DNA of 64,000 nt from Verrucomicrobiia bacterium (GCA_036501665.1 DASXZW010000023.1:7181-71180); one strand, 5' to 3'. Positions 19,476 through 27,755 are shown, counted from the stretch's first letter. Numbers and translations: made by a program. The notes: generated by a model from the sequence alone, not told the origin.

Positions 19476-20853
19476 AACAATCAAACTTGCAAACAGCGAG
19501 TAGCGCGATACGATGACCGGGCCAAAAGCGGGTGTGGTTCAATGGTAGAATGTGGGCTTCCCAAGCCTGAGACGAGGGTTCGATTCCCTTCACCCGCTCC
19601 AATTGACAGGTTGCGACACCTTCCGCCAAATAACGACTATCGCCTTTGTTTACAGGGGTTTCGTGAGCCTTTGACCCTCCATTCACCGCGTCAGGATGCG
19701 ACCCGTTTTGACCTTCCACGCCTAAATTCTGTGCGCGTATTTGTGTATAGCTTGGCACGGCATCCAACCGCGGCAGATTCTTGATCGCATCGTAAATCGG
19801 CAATTGCATTTCATCGGTGTAAACCTTGGAAGTCAACTTGATGTCGCTGTGGCGCATCAATTTCATGGCGAACCGTTGCGCCACTCCGTTGCGTTGCAGG
19901 AACGTCGCCCAGGTGTAGCGCAACGCGTGGAAATCACCGTAACGGCCCAATTCATCCCGATAGGAAACGCCATTGGCTTCCGCGTCCTTTTGCAATCGTC
20001 GCGCCCTCGGAATGCCGTTCGGGAAGACCAAATCCGTCCCCTTGCATCCCGTTGGCCGATGAGCCTTCAATGCCTCGACGATCTCCGGCACCAGTTGCAC
20101 TGATTCCTCTTTCTTGTTCTTGGCAACGCAGTCCCGCACAACCACAAACGGCACTTCCGGATCCAAGTGAAGATCACCCCAAGTCAATTGCTTTAGCTCC
20201 TCTTGACGCAAACCCGTCCGCGCCGCCGCAAAATAAATGATGCCCCGATCTTCCGACCCAGCCACCAGCTTGCGCAATTCCTCATCCGTGAATGCGCGGC
20301 GAACCCGCTTCGGCTTGCCCCGTTCATCCGCCCTGCCGACGTTCTTAAGCGGGTTGGTCTTAATCCTGTTTCCCTTTTCCATCCAGTTTAAAAAAGAAAT
20401 CATTCCTTGCAGGTAATGGTTCAGCGTTCGTGGCGAGCAGATTTGACGGTTGCGCCACACGAGGAAGGAATCGACTGTGATATTGCACGGCACCTGCCAA
20501 TCACATTCTTTCAGTAAAACCCGGATGCGGGATGCAACCAACCGGGCACCGCGACCGCCGCGACCATTGCGCCCGCGTGTCGCTAAGTCGGCCACGTAAT
20601 CGTCAAGGTGAGCCGTCAGAGCCTTCCGTGCGGACTCACGGATGGCCTTTGGTTCAAGAATGCCCGCAGCCTCGCGTTCCCGCTCTTGGACGAAGTCATG
20701 CGCCCTTTTGTCCGCAACCTGTTTGTCTGTTGCGCCAAGCGATTTCCACTTGTCCACCGGCATTTCGCCAATCCGATACCGCAAATAATAAGAGCGCGTC
20801 TCACGAAGCTTTCCGCCTCGACGAAACCGCCGTTTTTCAACGCTGAAAATCAT
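19393..20853 (-). CDS. int: tyrosine-type site-specific integrase (3' end runs through attL and the tRNA)
   Basis: Catalytic-domain motifs [10 protein letters not shown] (Arg), [11 protein letters not shown] (H-x-x-R), [14 protein letters not shown] (His, catalytic Tyr). The ORF has no stop until 19393. It therefore crosses the att core (read as ERVKGIEPS), the antisense of the tRNA, and the lpxD 3' end. Confidence 0.8.
   Translation of the reverse strand: MIFSVEKRRFRRGGKLRETRSYYLRYRIGEMPVDKWKSLGATDKQVADKRAHDFVQEREREAAGILEPKAIRESARKALTAHLDDYVADLATRGRNGRGGRGARLVASRIRVLLKECDWQVPCNITVDSFLVWRNRQICSPRTLNHYLQGMISFLNWMEKGNRIKTNPLKNVGRADERGKPKRVRRAFTDEELRKLVAGSEDRGIIYFAAARTGLRQEELKQLTWGDLHLDPEVPFVVVRDCVAKNKKEESVQLVPEIVEALKAHRPTGCKGTDLVFPNGIPRARRLQKDAEANGVSYRDELGRYGDFHALRYTWATFLQRNGVAQRFAMKLMRHSDIKLTSKVYTDEMQLPIYDAIKNLPRLDAVPSYTQIRAQNLGVEGQNGSHPDAVNGGSKAHETPVNKGDSRYLAEGVATCQLERVKGIEPSSQAWEAHILPLNHTRFWPGHRIALLAVCKFDCFTIGRVSDLQSHQMRLRDGVPVHSRDE
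19528..19601 (+). tRNA. tRNA-Gly (anticodon CCC), CCA encoded
   Basis: Hand-folded cloverleaf: acceptor GCGGGTG/CACCCGC, D arm GTTC/GAAT, anticodon stem TGGGC/GCCTG with loop TTCCCAA, T arm GAGGG-TTCGATT-CCCTT, discriminator T, then CCA. Confidence 0.9.
19577..19601 (+). repeat. attL core (tRNA-Gly 3' end)
   Basis: Identical 25-mer to 24046..24070. Confidence 0.8.
19729..19751 (+). repeat. 23 bp direct repeat, candidate integrase arm-type site (attL side)
   Basis: CTGTGCGCGTATTTGTGTATAGC matches 23964..23986 at 22/23 positions. Confidence 0.55.
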
Positions 20854-21056
20854 ACTGCTCCTTTCACAATAATTTGCTCAATGTCTCCCAACCGAAAACG
20901 CACCGCACCCCGGATTTTAACCGTCGGCAGCTTCCCTGACGCCACCAGTCTTTCCACCATCCGAACCGAGCAGGCCAGCAAACGCGCGACCTCTTTCTTG
21001 GTCAGCAATTGCAGCCCCGCTGGTTTCACCGCCTCGCTTTCTCCTCCATTTGGCAT
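20850..21056 (-). CDS. xis: excisionase-family helix-turn-helix DNA-binding protein
   Basis: LLTKKEVARLLACSVRMVERLVASGKLPTVKIRGAVRFRLGDIEQI fits the MerR-like excisionase HTH. Its stop overlaps the int start. The ORF is open to 21083, and I used the Met at 21056, next to the upstream stop. Confidence 0.7.
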   Translation of the reverse strand: MPNGGESEAVKPAGLQLLTKKEVARLLACSVRMVERLVASGKLPTVKIRGAVRFRLGDIEQIIVKGAV

Positions 21057-21058
21057 TT

Positions 21059-21466
21059 TTAATCCTCCCCCGAATCTGTCCACTTGCCCCGCTTGGTTTT
21101 GTTTTCTTTGGCTTTTTTGATCGAACGCTCGGAGATCATTACGATGTAGTGCCCGTCCCGGTCATAGACGCTCTTTTCCAGAATCCCACGCTCGGCAAGT
21201 TTGTCGATCATGCTGCGGTCACAATGCAACTCCGCCACCGCACCACCGGGAGACGGCCCCCACTTGCCCTCTTTATGGACATCGTCCATCCAATCCTGAA
21301 ACGCCAAAAGGCTCCTCTCTGTCTTGCCCAGATTCCGCAATGGCTTCATTTCGCCACCGCACAGCGGGCACCACGGACTATCCGGGGGACTGTCCTCGTG
21401 GGGAAAATTCGCCTGCCCGCACTCGTTGCACCAGAATCGCTCGCGCTCGTTTTCGTCCATATTCAA
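21059..21466 (-). CDS. zinc-ribbon hypothetical protein (element-encoded)
   Basis: CNECGQ...CPLCGG zinc-ribbon pattern. First gene of the minus-strand hyp-xis-int run. Confidence 0.5.
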   Translation of the reverse strand: MNMDENERERFWCNECGQANFPHEDSPPDSPWCPLCGGEMKPLRNLGKTERSLLAFQDWMDDVHKEGKWGPSPGGAVAELHCDRSMIDKLAERGILEKSVYDRDGHYIVMISERSIKKAKENKTKRGKWTDSGED

Positions 21467-21477
21467 AGACTTCGACT

Positions 21478-21586
21478 ATTCACAACAATAGAATATTCAA
21501 ACGTTGTGAATTGTCAATCGCGATTCTCGACTTTCCTCAATCGCCTTTACAAAGCTCTTGACATTTGCGTTTTTATAGTCGAATAT
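21478..21586. promoter_or_regulatory. divergent control region of the element (inverted repeat plus promoter-like hexamers)
   Basis: ATTCACAAC-N16-GTTGTGAAT at 21478..21511. TCGACT occurs three times (one inverted). TTGACA at 21558..21563, then 17 nt, then GAATAT at 21581..21586, just before the ATG at 21595. Confidence 0.3.
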
Positions 21587-21594
21587 TTGTGCAT

Positions 21595-22149
21595 ATGAAA
21601 ATTATTAAACTTCCGTTGTCGGATTCCGCGTATCAGAAAGCCTTAGACTTGGCCGCCGCTACCGCCATCCCGGTTGAGGCGTATCTCTTGACGGAGATTC
21701 AGGATATGCTCGACAAAAGAACCTATACTCCAACAACTTCCAAACATTCTGCCGAGAACTCGCCCTCACTCCTTCCACCCGGCCCAAATTTTCGCGCCAC
21801 CATGCCAGACACGCTTGAACAAGTACTTGCGGTATCTGAGTACGTGTACAAAGACAAAGTTGTACCTGTAAGTGAGATGTACGCAGGCAACTTGTTTAGG
21901 CAAGCAGTACTAGTTGTATCCGAAAAGCGGGGAATTAACGCGACCACAGTACGGGACAAGTTTAACGAAAGAAGGCTCGGATTACCGGACGTGAACTTGA
22001 ATTTGGATGTGATCATTTCATGGTTCTGCAAGCCGGAGATGCTCCGCGATCACTTGTGTCGGAAATTTCCAAACTGTGTATCGACTATCCAAGAACGCTT
22101 TGCCAAGTTTCTCCCGGGCCGGTTCGACGACGCAAATGATCTGAATTAA
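21595..22149 (+). CDS. hypothetical protein (element-encoded)
   Basis: ORF 21565..22149, first ATG at 21595. No family recognised. Confidence 0.5.
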   Translation: MKIIKLPLSDSAYQKALDLAAATAIPVEAYLLTEIQDMLDKRTYTPTTSKHSAENSPSLLPPGPNFRATMPDTLEQVLAVSEYVYKDKVVPVSEMYAGNLFRQAVLVVSEKRGINATTVRDKFNERRLGLPDVNLNLDVIISWFCKPEMLRDHLCRKFPNCVSTIQERFAKFLPGRFDDANDLN

Positions 22150-22162
22150 CCACAGGAAGAAT

Positions 22163-22432
22163 ATGAGCATTGATAAAGATGATATGGAGCAAGCGCACTT
22201 CATTAAGGAACTTATTGCTGGAAATCATCTCGAAGGCAAAGCACTCGAAATCGCGCAACAGGCTATAAACAAGGGGCCTGACAGTCTGAGTGCTGCACAG
22301 GAATCTGTCCTGAGACGGGCGATGAGCGACTTCTCACCAGAAGAATGCGGTTCATGTGGAAATTCAATCCCTTGGACAGAACGGTATCAGGCGGCCACGA
22401 CGGGCCGGTGCCTGGGCTGCATTGTCAGTTGA
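22163..22432 (+). CDS. small zinc-finger protein (element-encoded)
   Basis: The C-terminal CGSCGN...GRCLGC four-Cys pattern is reminiscent of TraR/DksA-type zinc fingers. Confidence 0.45.
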   Translation: MSIDKDDMEQAHFIKELIAGNHLEGKALEIAQQAINKGPDSLSAAQESVLRRAMSDFSPEECGSCGNSIPWTERYQAATTGRCLGCIVS

Positions 22433-22456
22433 ACGCCTCAACGAATAATACACGAA

Positions 22457-22771
22457 GTGATGATGATGAAAATTGCATGGTTAAGTTTTATTGCAGGCGT
22501 CGTTTTGGGTGTTGCCTCCGCTCTATCGTTCAAATGGTTTGATCGGCCAGCAATTCAGCGGCCTCCCACAGAATTGGAAGGTAATTTCGAGATACACAGC
22601 CTTCCAAGCGATGCGCCATATTGGGCTATAAAAATAGATCGGAAGACGGGCAAAACGTGGGGCATGTCTCAAGAGGGAGCATGGCTTAACTTGCGTGACG
22701 TAAACATTGAGTCTGCAGGGGACTGGCTCAAGAAACACGGCACGGAAACGAACAAAATGATTTCAAATTAG
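22457..22771 (+). CDS. small membrane-anchored hypothetical protein (element-encoded)
   Basis: N-terminal TM helix KIAWLSFIAGVVLGVASALSF. 104 aa. Confidence 0.45.
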   Translation: MMMMKIAWLSFIAGVVLGVASALSFKWFDRPAIQRPPTELEGNFEIHSLPSDAPYWAIKIDRKTGKTWGMSQEGAWLNLRDVNIESAGDWLKKHGTETNKMISN

Positions 22772-22819
22772 CACACCATCAATTTGTGAACGCGCTAAAA
22801 GCTAAGGTAAGATGGAAAA

Positions 22820-23875
22820 TCAGACACTGACATTCCACACCCTCTTTCCCAAGCGAACACCGTCCAACAGAGACGACCGCGCAAACTGGCGCGCCGAATC
22901 TTCAACGGCCAAAGCCAACGACGGGTAAACCGTGCCCGGTGGCAACGCCGTATGAAGGATCGCGTCCTGAAAAATGTAACACCACCGAGGCCCGCACCTC
23001 TTCTTGAAATCCTCCATGTCAGTAATCCCGTAGTAACTGGCAAATGCGTTGACCTTCTGCCGCCAGAGCCAAGCGTGTTCGGAATTGAACATCATGTGAG
23101 GATGAAACGACCGCTCACCTCTTCGGTAACCCAGGTAGCGAACCAGCCTTGCCCCCTTATCCGCCTCGATCCTCGCGTCAATGTGCTTGGCGATGTATTT
23201 GCCAACGTATTTCGAGATGCCTTCCGCAGTCGATTTAATGGGCAGCAATTCCGTCCGACCGAAACCGTAACGCGGTGCAGTCTCAAGCCAGAATGACCAC
23301 TCGGACTTAAGTGCCGCCGAAGCTGTATGATAGTCCCGCCTTGCGACCGCCTCAAAGTCCAACCCCGTCCGAATATCAGCGTCCAGCACCACGAGGCAAT
23401 GAAAATGCAGCCTGCCGCTTTTCTGACGCTCTGGCACGGCCACTATGCGCTTGTAACGGCCTTTCAATACGCGCCGGTTGAGATTGTTGAACCGACGCGA
23501 CGCTTCCTTAATCGCGGTGACGTGGTCAGAAAAAGTCAGCGTCAGGAAGCCGAGCCGTTCGATTCCGAATTGCTCGACAAGTGCCATGATTTCGCCTTTC
23601 AAACAGAACGCGACTTTTCGATGCGCTCCGGTGAGCAGATTCCACGGACTCGCTGACGCGTTGTCTGAATTGTTACTATTTAGACAAGGAAGGCCGGAGG
23701 CGGGCGGCGCTTCGCGCCGCACCGCCCCCGGCCCTCCAACGTCGCCGGCTGACAAATCATTCGACCGCAGAACCGACGAGCTGTTGGCTCGCAGCATCGG
23801 TTCTGCTAGCTTTAACTTGCCACCCTCGGTCTCTTCTTGCACTGGCCCCTCCTCATTCAACCGCCGAGTTGACAA
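22820..23875 (-). CDS. rep: HUH-superfamily rolling-circle replication initiator (Rep)
   Basis: Motif I GFLTLTFSD, motif II (HUH) RLHFHCLVVL, motif III with catalytic Tyr ISKYVGKYIAKHI. The true start may be internal (for example MALVEQF). Confidence 0.7.
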   Translation of the reverse strand: MSTRRLNEEGPVQEETEGGKLKLAEPMLRANSSSVLRSNDLSAGDVGGPGAVRREAPPASGLPCLNSNNSDNASASPWNLLTGAHRKVAFCLKGEIMALVEQFGIERLGFLTLTFSDHVTAIKEASRRFNNLNRRVLKGRYKRIVAVPERQKSGRLHFHCLVVLDADIRTGLDFEAVARRDYHTASAALKSEWSFWLETAPRYGFGRTELLPIKSTAEGISKYVGKYIAKHIDARIEADKGARLVRYLGYRRGERSFHPHMMFNSEHAWLWRQKVNAFASYYGITDMEDFKKRCGPRWCYIFQDAILHTALPPGTVYPSLALAVEDSARQFARSSLLDGVRLGKRVWNVSV

Positions 23876-23963
23876 TCGCGAGGATTGCAGCTTTCAGCGG
23901 TGGAGGAAGGTCAGGCCATGCTTTGACTACTTGCGACAGGCCGCGCCCATCACTGCCCTGAAT

Positions 23964-23986
23964 CTGTGCGCCTATTTGTGTATAGC
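23964..23986 (+). repeat. 23 bp direct repeat, candidate integrase arm-type site (attR side)
   Basis: CTGTGCGCCTATTTGTGTATAGC matches 19729..19751 at 22/23 positions. Confidence 0.55.
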
Positions 23987-24045
23987 CCCTGTCGCCTTCT
24001 GAGGGAGTTTGTTCTGATTCAGCAACTTGCGGATTGGACGGGGAA

Positions 24046-24070
24046 GGTTCGATTCCCTTCACCCGCTCCA
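24046..24070 (+). repeat. attR core (duplicated tRNA-Gly 3' end)
   Basis: Identical 25-mer to 19577..19601. There is no upstream tRNA body. Confidence 0.8.
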
Positions 24071-24242
24071 TTGATAATCAATGGCTTACGAACAGTGTTG
24101 CCAGTGGGTGGTTAAACTGGATTGAGCGTCTGTGGGCTGAATTTCCTGCATCCCATGGATCCTTGTCGAAGAGTTTTCCATTTACTAATTTCGCCAACCG
24201 GGAAAATATTTTATTGGCGATTGCCCTGATTAGCCTAGATCG

Positions 24243-24944
24243 ATGATTTCAAAATTGCCACGCTGGGTTTGGTTGTGCGGCTGGATTCTGGCTTTTATCG
24301 CCGGCATAATAAATGCCGTAGGCTTCATTGGCATTCAGCATCAGTCCATCACACATTTGACGGGTAATACGACTATGTTCGCGGTTGCCGTGGCGAATTT
24401 GGATAGGGCGTCTGCATTCCGATATTGCGCCGTGCTGGGCTCATTTGTGGGCGGGGCCAGCGTGAGCGGTTTTATTATCCAGGACAACGCATTGCAGTTA
24501 GGCAGACGTTATGGCGTCGTTTTGTTTCTTGAGGCCACGTTTCTTGCTATTGCCGCCTTATTACTGAACCGAAACAATGTTTGCGGACTCTATTCCGCTG
24601 TTTTTGCTTGTGGCCTTCAGAACGCAATGGCGACGACTTACAGCGGCACGGTGATTCGCACCACGCATGTTTCCGGAATGTGGACCGATCTTGGCATTTT
24701 TCTTGGGCATGTCTTACGCGGCTTGCCAGTGGATGGTAAGCGCGGAAGAATGTGTTTTCTGATCATTTCGGGGTTTATTTGTGGCGGCGTCACTGGAGTC
24801 TTTACTTTTCGCGTGATGGGATTCTCAACCCTTTTCATCCCGGCATCAATCACTGCCGCAGCTTCCCTCGGCTACGCCATTTATCAAATGCGCAAAATCG
24901 ACAAGCGAAATTGCCGCAGCCACGAAGGATCGTTACGGGGATGA
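24243..24944 (+). CDS. YoaK/DUF1275-family membrane protein
   Basis: 233 aa, multi-TM. The N-terminal AGIINAVGF...ITHLTGNTT motif is typical of DUF1275. Confidence 0.7.
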   Translation: MISKLPRWVWLCGWILAFIAGIINAVGFIGIQHQSITHLTGNTTMFAVAVANLDRASAFRYCAVLGSFVGGASVSGFIIQDNALQLGRRYGVVLFLEATFLAIAALLLNRNNVCGLYSAVFACGLQNAMATTYSGTVIRTTHVSGMWTDLGIFLGHVLRGLPVDGKRGRMCFLIISGFICGGVTGVFTFRVMGFSTLFIPASITAAASLGYAIYQMRKIDKRNCRSHEGSLRG

Positions 24945-25013
24945 ATTCGAGATGGACGCCAACAACGGTTTTGTCAATTCTTACAACATTTCGATGCAAG
25001 AAACGTCGTCTTT

Positions 25014-25445
25014 ATGAATGCCAAGAACGCTTTGGAACAAAACAGGGTTGAAGTTGAAGGCCTGACTAGCATTTCGAGCGACTTCGGGCCGGACGAAACG
25101 ATGGCTCGCCTGGAGAAGGCTCTCATCGCTCATGGCATGAAGGTCTTTTGCCGAATCAACCATGCCGAGTTGGCGTCCGAGGCAGGTATGAAATTGCGTC
25201 CAACGGAAGTCATACTTTTTGGCAATCCGCGCGGCGGAACATCTTTGATGCAGGCCAGCCAGACACTGGGAATTGATCTACCGCTCAAAGCGCTCGTCTG
25301 GCAGGACGCTTTGGGCAAAACATGGCTTTCCTATAATGAACCGTCTTGGCTGGCAAAGCGGCATAACGCCGGCGGTTTAGAAGAGAAAGTGTCAGCGATG
25401 CGCGCAGATCTCAGCGCAACGGCTGCGCAGGCGACTAAGCAGTAA
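25014..25445 (+). CDS. DUF302 domain protein
   Basis: 143 aa. Pattern FGNP..GT.LM......G.DLPLK.LVW.D..G...LSYN typical of DUF302. Confidence 0.65.
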   Translation: MNAKNALEQNRVEVEGLTSISSDFGPDETMARLEKALIAHGMKVFCRINHAELASEAGMKLRPTEVILFGNPRGGTSLMQASQTLGIDLPLKALVWQDALGKTWLSYNEPSWLAKRHNAGGLEEKVSAMRADLSATAAQATKQ

Positions 25446-25480
25446 TAAATTACGCCTAACGGCCTGATGGGAATAATGAG

Positions 25481-25508
25481 AAGGGTTCGGTTCCTTCCAC
25501 CTGCTTCA
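25481..25508 (+). repeat. degenerate third copy of the tRNA-Gly 3' end (decayed att site)
   Basis: AAGGGTTCGGTTCCTTCCACCTGCTTCA matches the tRNA 3' end GAGGGTTCGATTCCCTTCACCCGCTCCA at 21 of 28 positions by hand alignment. Confidence 0.4.
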
Positions 25509-25646
25509 CTCTAATCTATCGCGCTTAATCTCTCGAAATGGGGATAGGAACAAGACTCGGCACAGCATAACTTATAGCTTTTCTTTGCGGCGGTATAGCT
25601 TGTAATCCACAACCTCACAATATGCAGATTTGTGTACGGCATGGCC

Positions 25647-25670
25647 TATAGTCCATTACCTTACAAATAT
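25647..25670. repeat. 24 bp motif, inverted partner at 35227..35250
   Basis: The reverse complement of TATAGTCCATTACCTTACAAATAT matches ATATTTGTAAGGTTATAGACTATA at 22/24 positions. Confidence 0.6.
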
Positions 25671-25782
25671 GTAACTTGTGGTGTTTTACATTACAACGGG
25701 TCGATATTAACTCGTTGTAGCGCATATATTTAGTCCTAATTAGTCCTTGCGTTTTCATTTCTAGCTTCTGTAGGGTTGCCTC

Positions 25783-27750
25783 GTGATCCCAAGACTGCTT
25801 CAGGCAGCGTCAGTCATAACTATTTTCTTGTTTTACGTGACGTTTTCATGGTCGGTTCGGGCTGACCAAATTCCCAGTCAGGAGTGGCATCAGGAAGGGG
25901 CTTGCAAGTGGGTGCAATTATCCATAGAGCCTTCAGTGAAAACAGGATTCGTCCGGCTTCCATCGGCGGAAACCGGCATTCTCTTCACTAACTCTGTGGA
26001 TGAAATGAGTTCGGCGGCCAATCGCGTTTTGGACATCGGTTCCGGGGTCGCCGCCGGAGATTTCGATGGGGACGGTCTCACGGATCTCTTTTTTTGCAGC
26101 TTGAGCGGAGAGTGCAAACTTTATCGGAACCTGGGCGGCTTCCGTTTCAAGGACGTGACCGTCGAGTCTGGGATCGCGTGCCCGAATCGAATCTGCATGG
26201 GCGCGGTGTTTGCCGACATTGATGGAGACGGCAAACTGGACCTGCTTATCTCCACCTGCGGCCATGGCGTTCTTTGCTTCAAGAACGACGGGAAGGGACA
26301 CTTCACCGACGTGACACGCTCGGCCAACACGGCAAGTCCGTTCGGAGCCACCACGCTGGCGCTGGCGGACATCGACGGCAACGGGACGCTGGATTTATAT
26401 GTGACCAATTATCGCAGCAACGATTTTCGGGACGCGGGACAAGTCTCCTTGCAATCGGTTAATGGCCAACTGGTAGTTCCGCCCTCGTTGCGGCGCCGGG
26501 TGTTGCTCGTTGATGGCAAGGTCCAGGAATATGGGGAACCGGATCTTCTATACCTCAACGATGGCTCGGGACATTTCACCCCTTCATCCTGGGTGGAAGG
26601 AAGGTTTCTCGACGAGCAAGGCGCTCCGCTGAAACATGCCCCCGCAGATTGGGGTTTAACGGCGGCTTTCCGTGACCTTAATGGCGATGGTTCTCCAGAC
26701 CTCTATGTCTGCAACGATTATTGGACCCCGGATCGCATCTGGACAAACGACGGCGCCGGCCATTTTCGGGCTATGTCCCGGGCCGCAATTCGGCACACCA
26801 GCGCCAGTTCCATGGGGGTGGATTTCGCTGATATCGACCAGGACGGTCATCTCGACATTTTTGTTGTCGATATGCGTAGTCGCCAGTCTCGGAAGCAACT
26901 GACTCAGGTTCCGTCCTATACTCCACCATCGTTCCGTGTGGGAGACATATTCGATCGTCCGCAGATCAATCGCAACACGCTGTTTCACAATCGCGGCGAC
27001 AACACTTACGAGGAGATTGCTGAATTCAGCGGGCTGACTGCTTCCGGTTGGTCCTGGCAACCGTACTTCCTTGATGTTGACCTGGATGGCTTTCCTGATT
27101 TGTTAATCATGACCGGCCATAGAAAGGACGTCCAGGACTTGGATTCAACCGAAAATGCCGAGTCGCGGCACCCGCATTGGGTCACGACCAACAACATGGT
27201 TGTCATTGACGGCAAACTGATTCCGTTTCAAGAGGCCTTCACGGCCGAACGCGCCGCAGAACTGCGCAATTACCCCAGTTTGGAAAGCCCCATCGTGGCC
27301 TTCCGAAATTTGGGCAATCTGAAGTTCGAGGAACAGACGGAGAATTGGGGCCTCAATCAACCGGCCATTCGTCACGGCGCAGCCCTGGTGGACCTGGACA
27401 ATGACGGCGATCTGGACCTGGTGGTGAATGTGCTCAACGGCCCGGCCGAGATCTGGAAGAACGTCGGCGCTGCCCCCCGCGTGGCAGTCGATTTAGTGGG
27501 TTTGGCCCCAAATACAGCCGGAATCGGCGCAAAAATCACTTTGCGCGGAGGCGCAGTGCCCAGCCAGAGCCAAGAAGTCGTATGCGGCGGTCGGTATCTT
27601 TCCGGCTCACAAACGCGAGTGGCTTTTGCGACTGGCGCAACTCAAACCGGAATGGAACTCGATGTCAGATGGCGCAACGGTGCGCGGTCACAGATTGCCG
27701 GAGTTGCCGCCAATCGATTGTATCGCATCACCGAACCCGCCGCGAAATAA
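25783..27750 (+). CDS. FG-GAP/VCBS repeat + ASPIC/UnbV domain protein (CRTAC1-like), 'N-half' module
   Basis: GTG start with a signal peptide. Repeated FG-GAP motifs (GDFDGDGLTDLF, ADIDGDGKLDL, ADIDGNGTLDLYV, DLNGDGSPDLYV, ...). C-terminal ASPIC motif GIGAKITLRGG...CGGRYLSGS...VRWRNG. Confidence 0.85.
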   Translation: MIPRLLQAASVITIFLFYVTFSWSVRADQIPSQEWHQEGACKWVQLSIEPSVKTGFVRLPSAETGILFTNSVDEMSSAANRVLDIGSGVAAGDFDGDGLTDLFFCSLSGECKLYRNLGGFRFKDVTVESGIACPNRICMGAVFADIDGDGKLDLLISTCGHGVLCFKNDGKGHFTDVTRSANTASPFGATTLALADIDGNGTLDLYVTNYRSNDFRDAGQVSLQSVNGQLVVPPSLRRRVLLVDGKVQEYGEPDLLYLNDGSGHFTPSSWVEGRFLDEQGAPLKHAPADWGLTAAFRDLNGDGSPDLYVCNDYWTPDRIWTNDGAGHFRAMSRAAIRHTSASSMGVDFADIDQDGHLDIFVVDMRSRQSRKQLTQVPSYTPPSFRVGDIFDRPQINRNTLFHNRGDNTYEEIAEFSGLTASGWSWQPYFLDVDLDGFPDLLIMTGHRKDVQDLDSTENAESRHPHWVTTNNMVVIDGKLIPFQEAFTAERAAELRNYPSLESPIVAFRNLGNLKFEEQTENWGLNQPAIRHGAALVDLDNDGDLDLVVNVLNGPAEIWKNVGAAPRVAVDLVGLAPNTAGIGAKITLRGGAVPSQSQEVVCGGRYLSGSQTRVAFATGATQTGMELDVRWRNGARSQIAGVAANRLYRITEPAAK

Positions 27751-27755
27751 CAACC

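Larger units (their letters stand above)
19577..24070. mobile_element. ~4.5 kb integrated element at the tRNA-Gly 3' end (int, xis, HUH Rep, small ORFs)
   Basis: A perfect 25 bp direct repeat GGTTCGATTCCCTTCACCCGCTCCA occurs at 19577..19601 (within the tRNA) and 24046..24070. The integrase sits next to the tRNA. An excisionase-family HTH and a rolling-circle Rep lie inside. Confidence 0.8.

Noticed and set aside
18387-19484. 365 aa minus-strand ORF covering the lpxD region. Similar long antisense ORFs occur at 13198..14202, 2220..3029, 16085..16948, 17315..18373, 32374..33393, 48806..49648, 50030..51019 and 59614..60681.
   Set aside because: Each lies antisense to a gene with strong family signatures. 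Their translations are Arg/Gly/Ala-rich low-complexity sequence, typical of spurious ORFs in GC-rich DNA.
23853-24071. 72 aa ORF ([15 protein letters not shown]...) as an independent gene.
   Set aside because: Its first 9 codons are the antisense of the duplicated tRNA 3' end. It is better explained as the displaced element-encoded C-terminal tail of the integrase (see findings) than as a stand-alone gene.
27582-27755. The longer start (27582) for the second FG-GAP gene, and likewise 39755 for the fused paralog and 12905 for the response regulator.
   Set aside because: The extensions overlap the upstream gene, contain the 39767..39803 terminator, or overlap a divergent gene. They also lack signal-peptide character. 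Internal Met starts give canonical N-termini.
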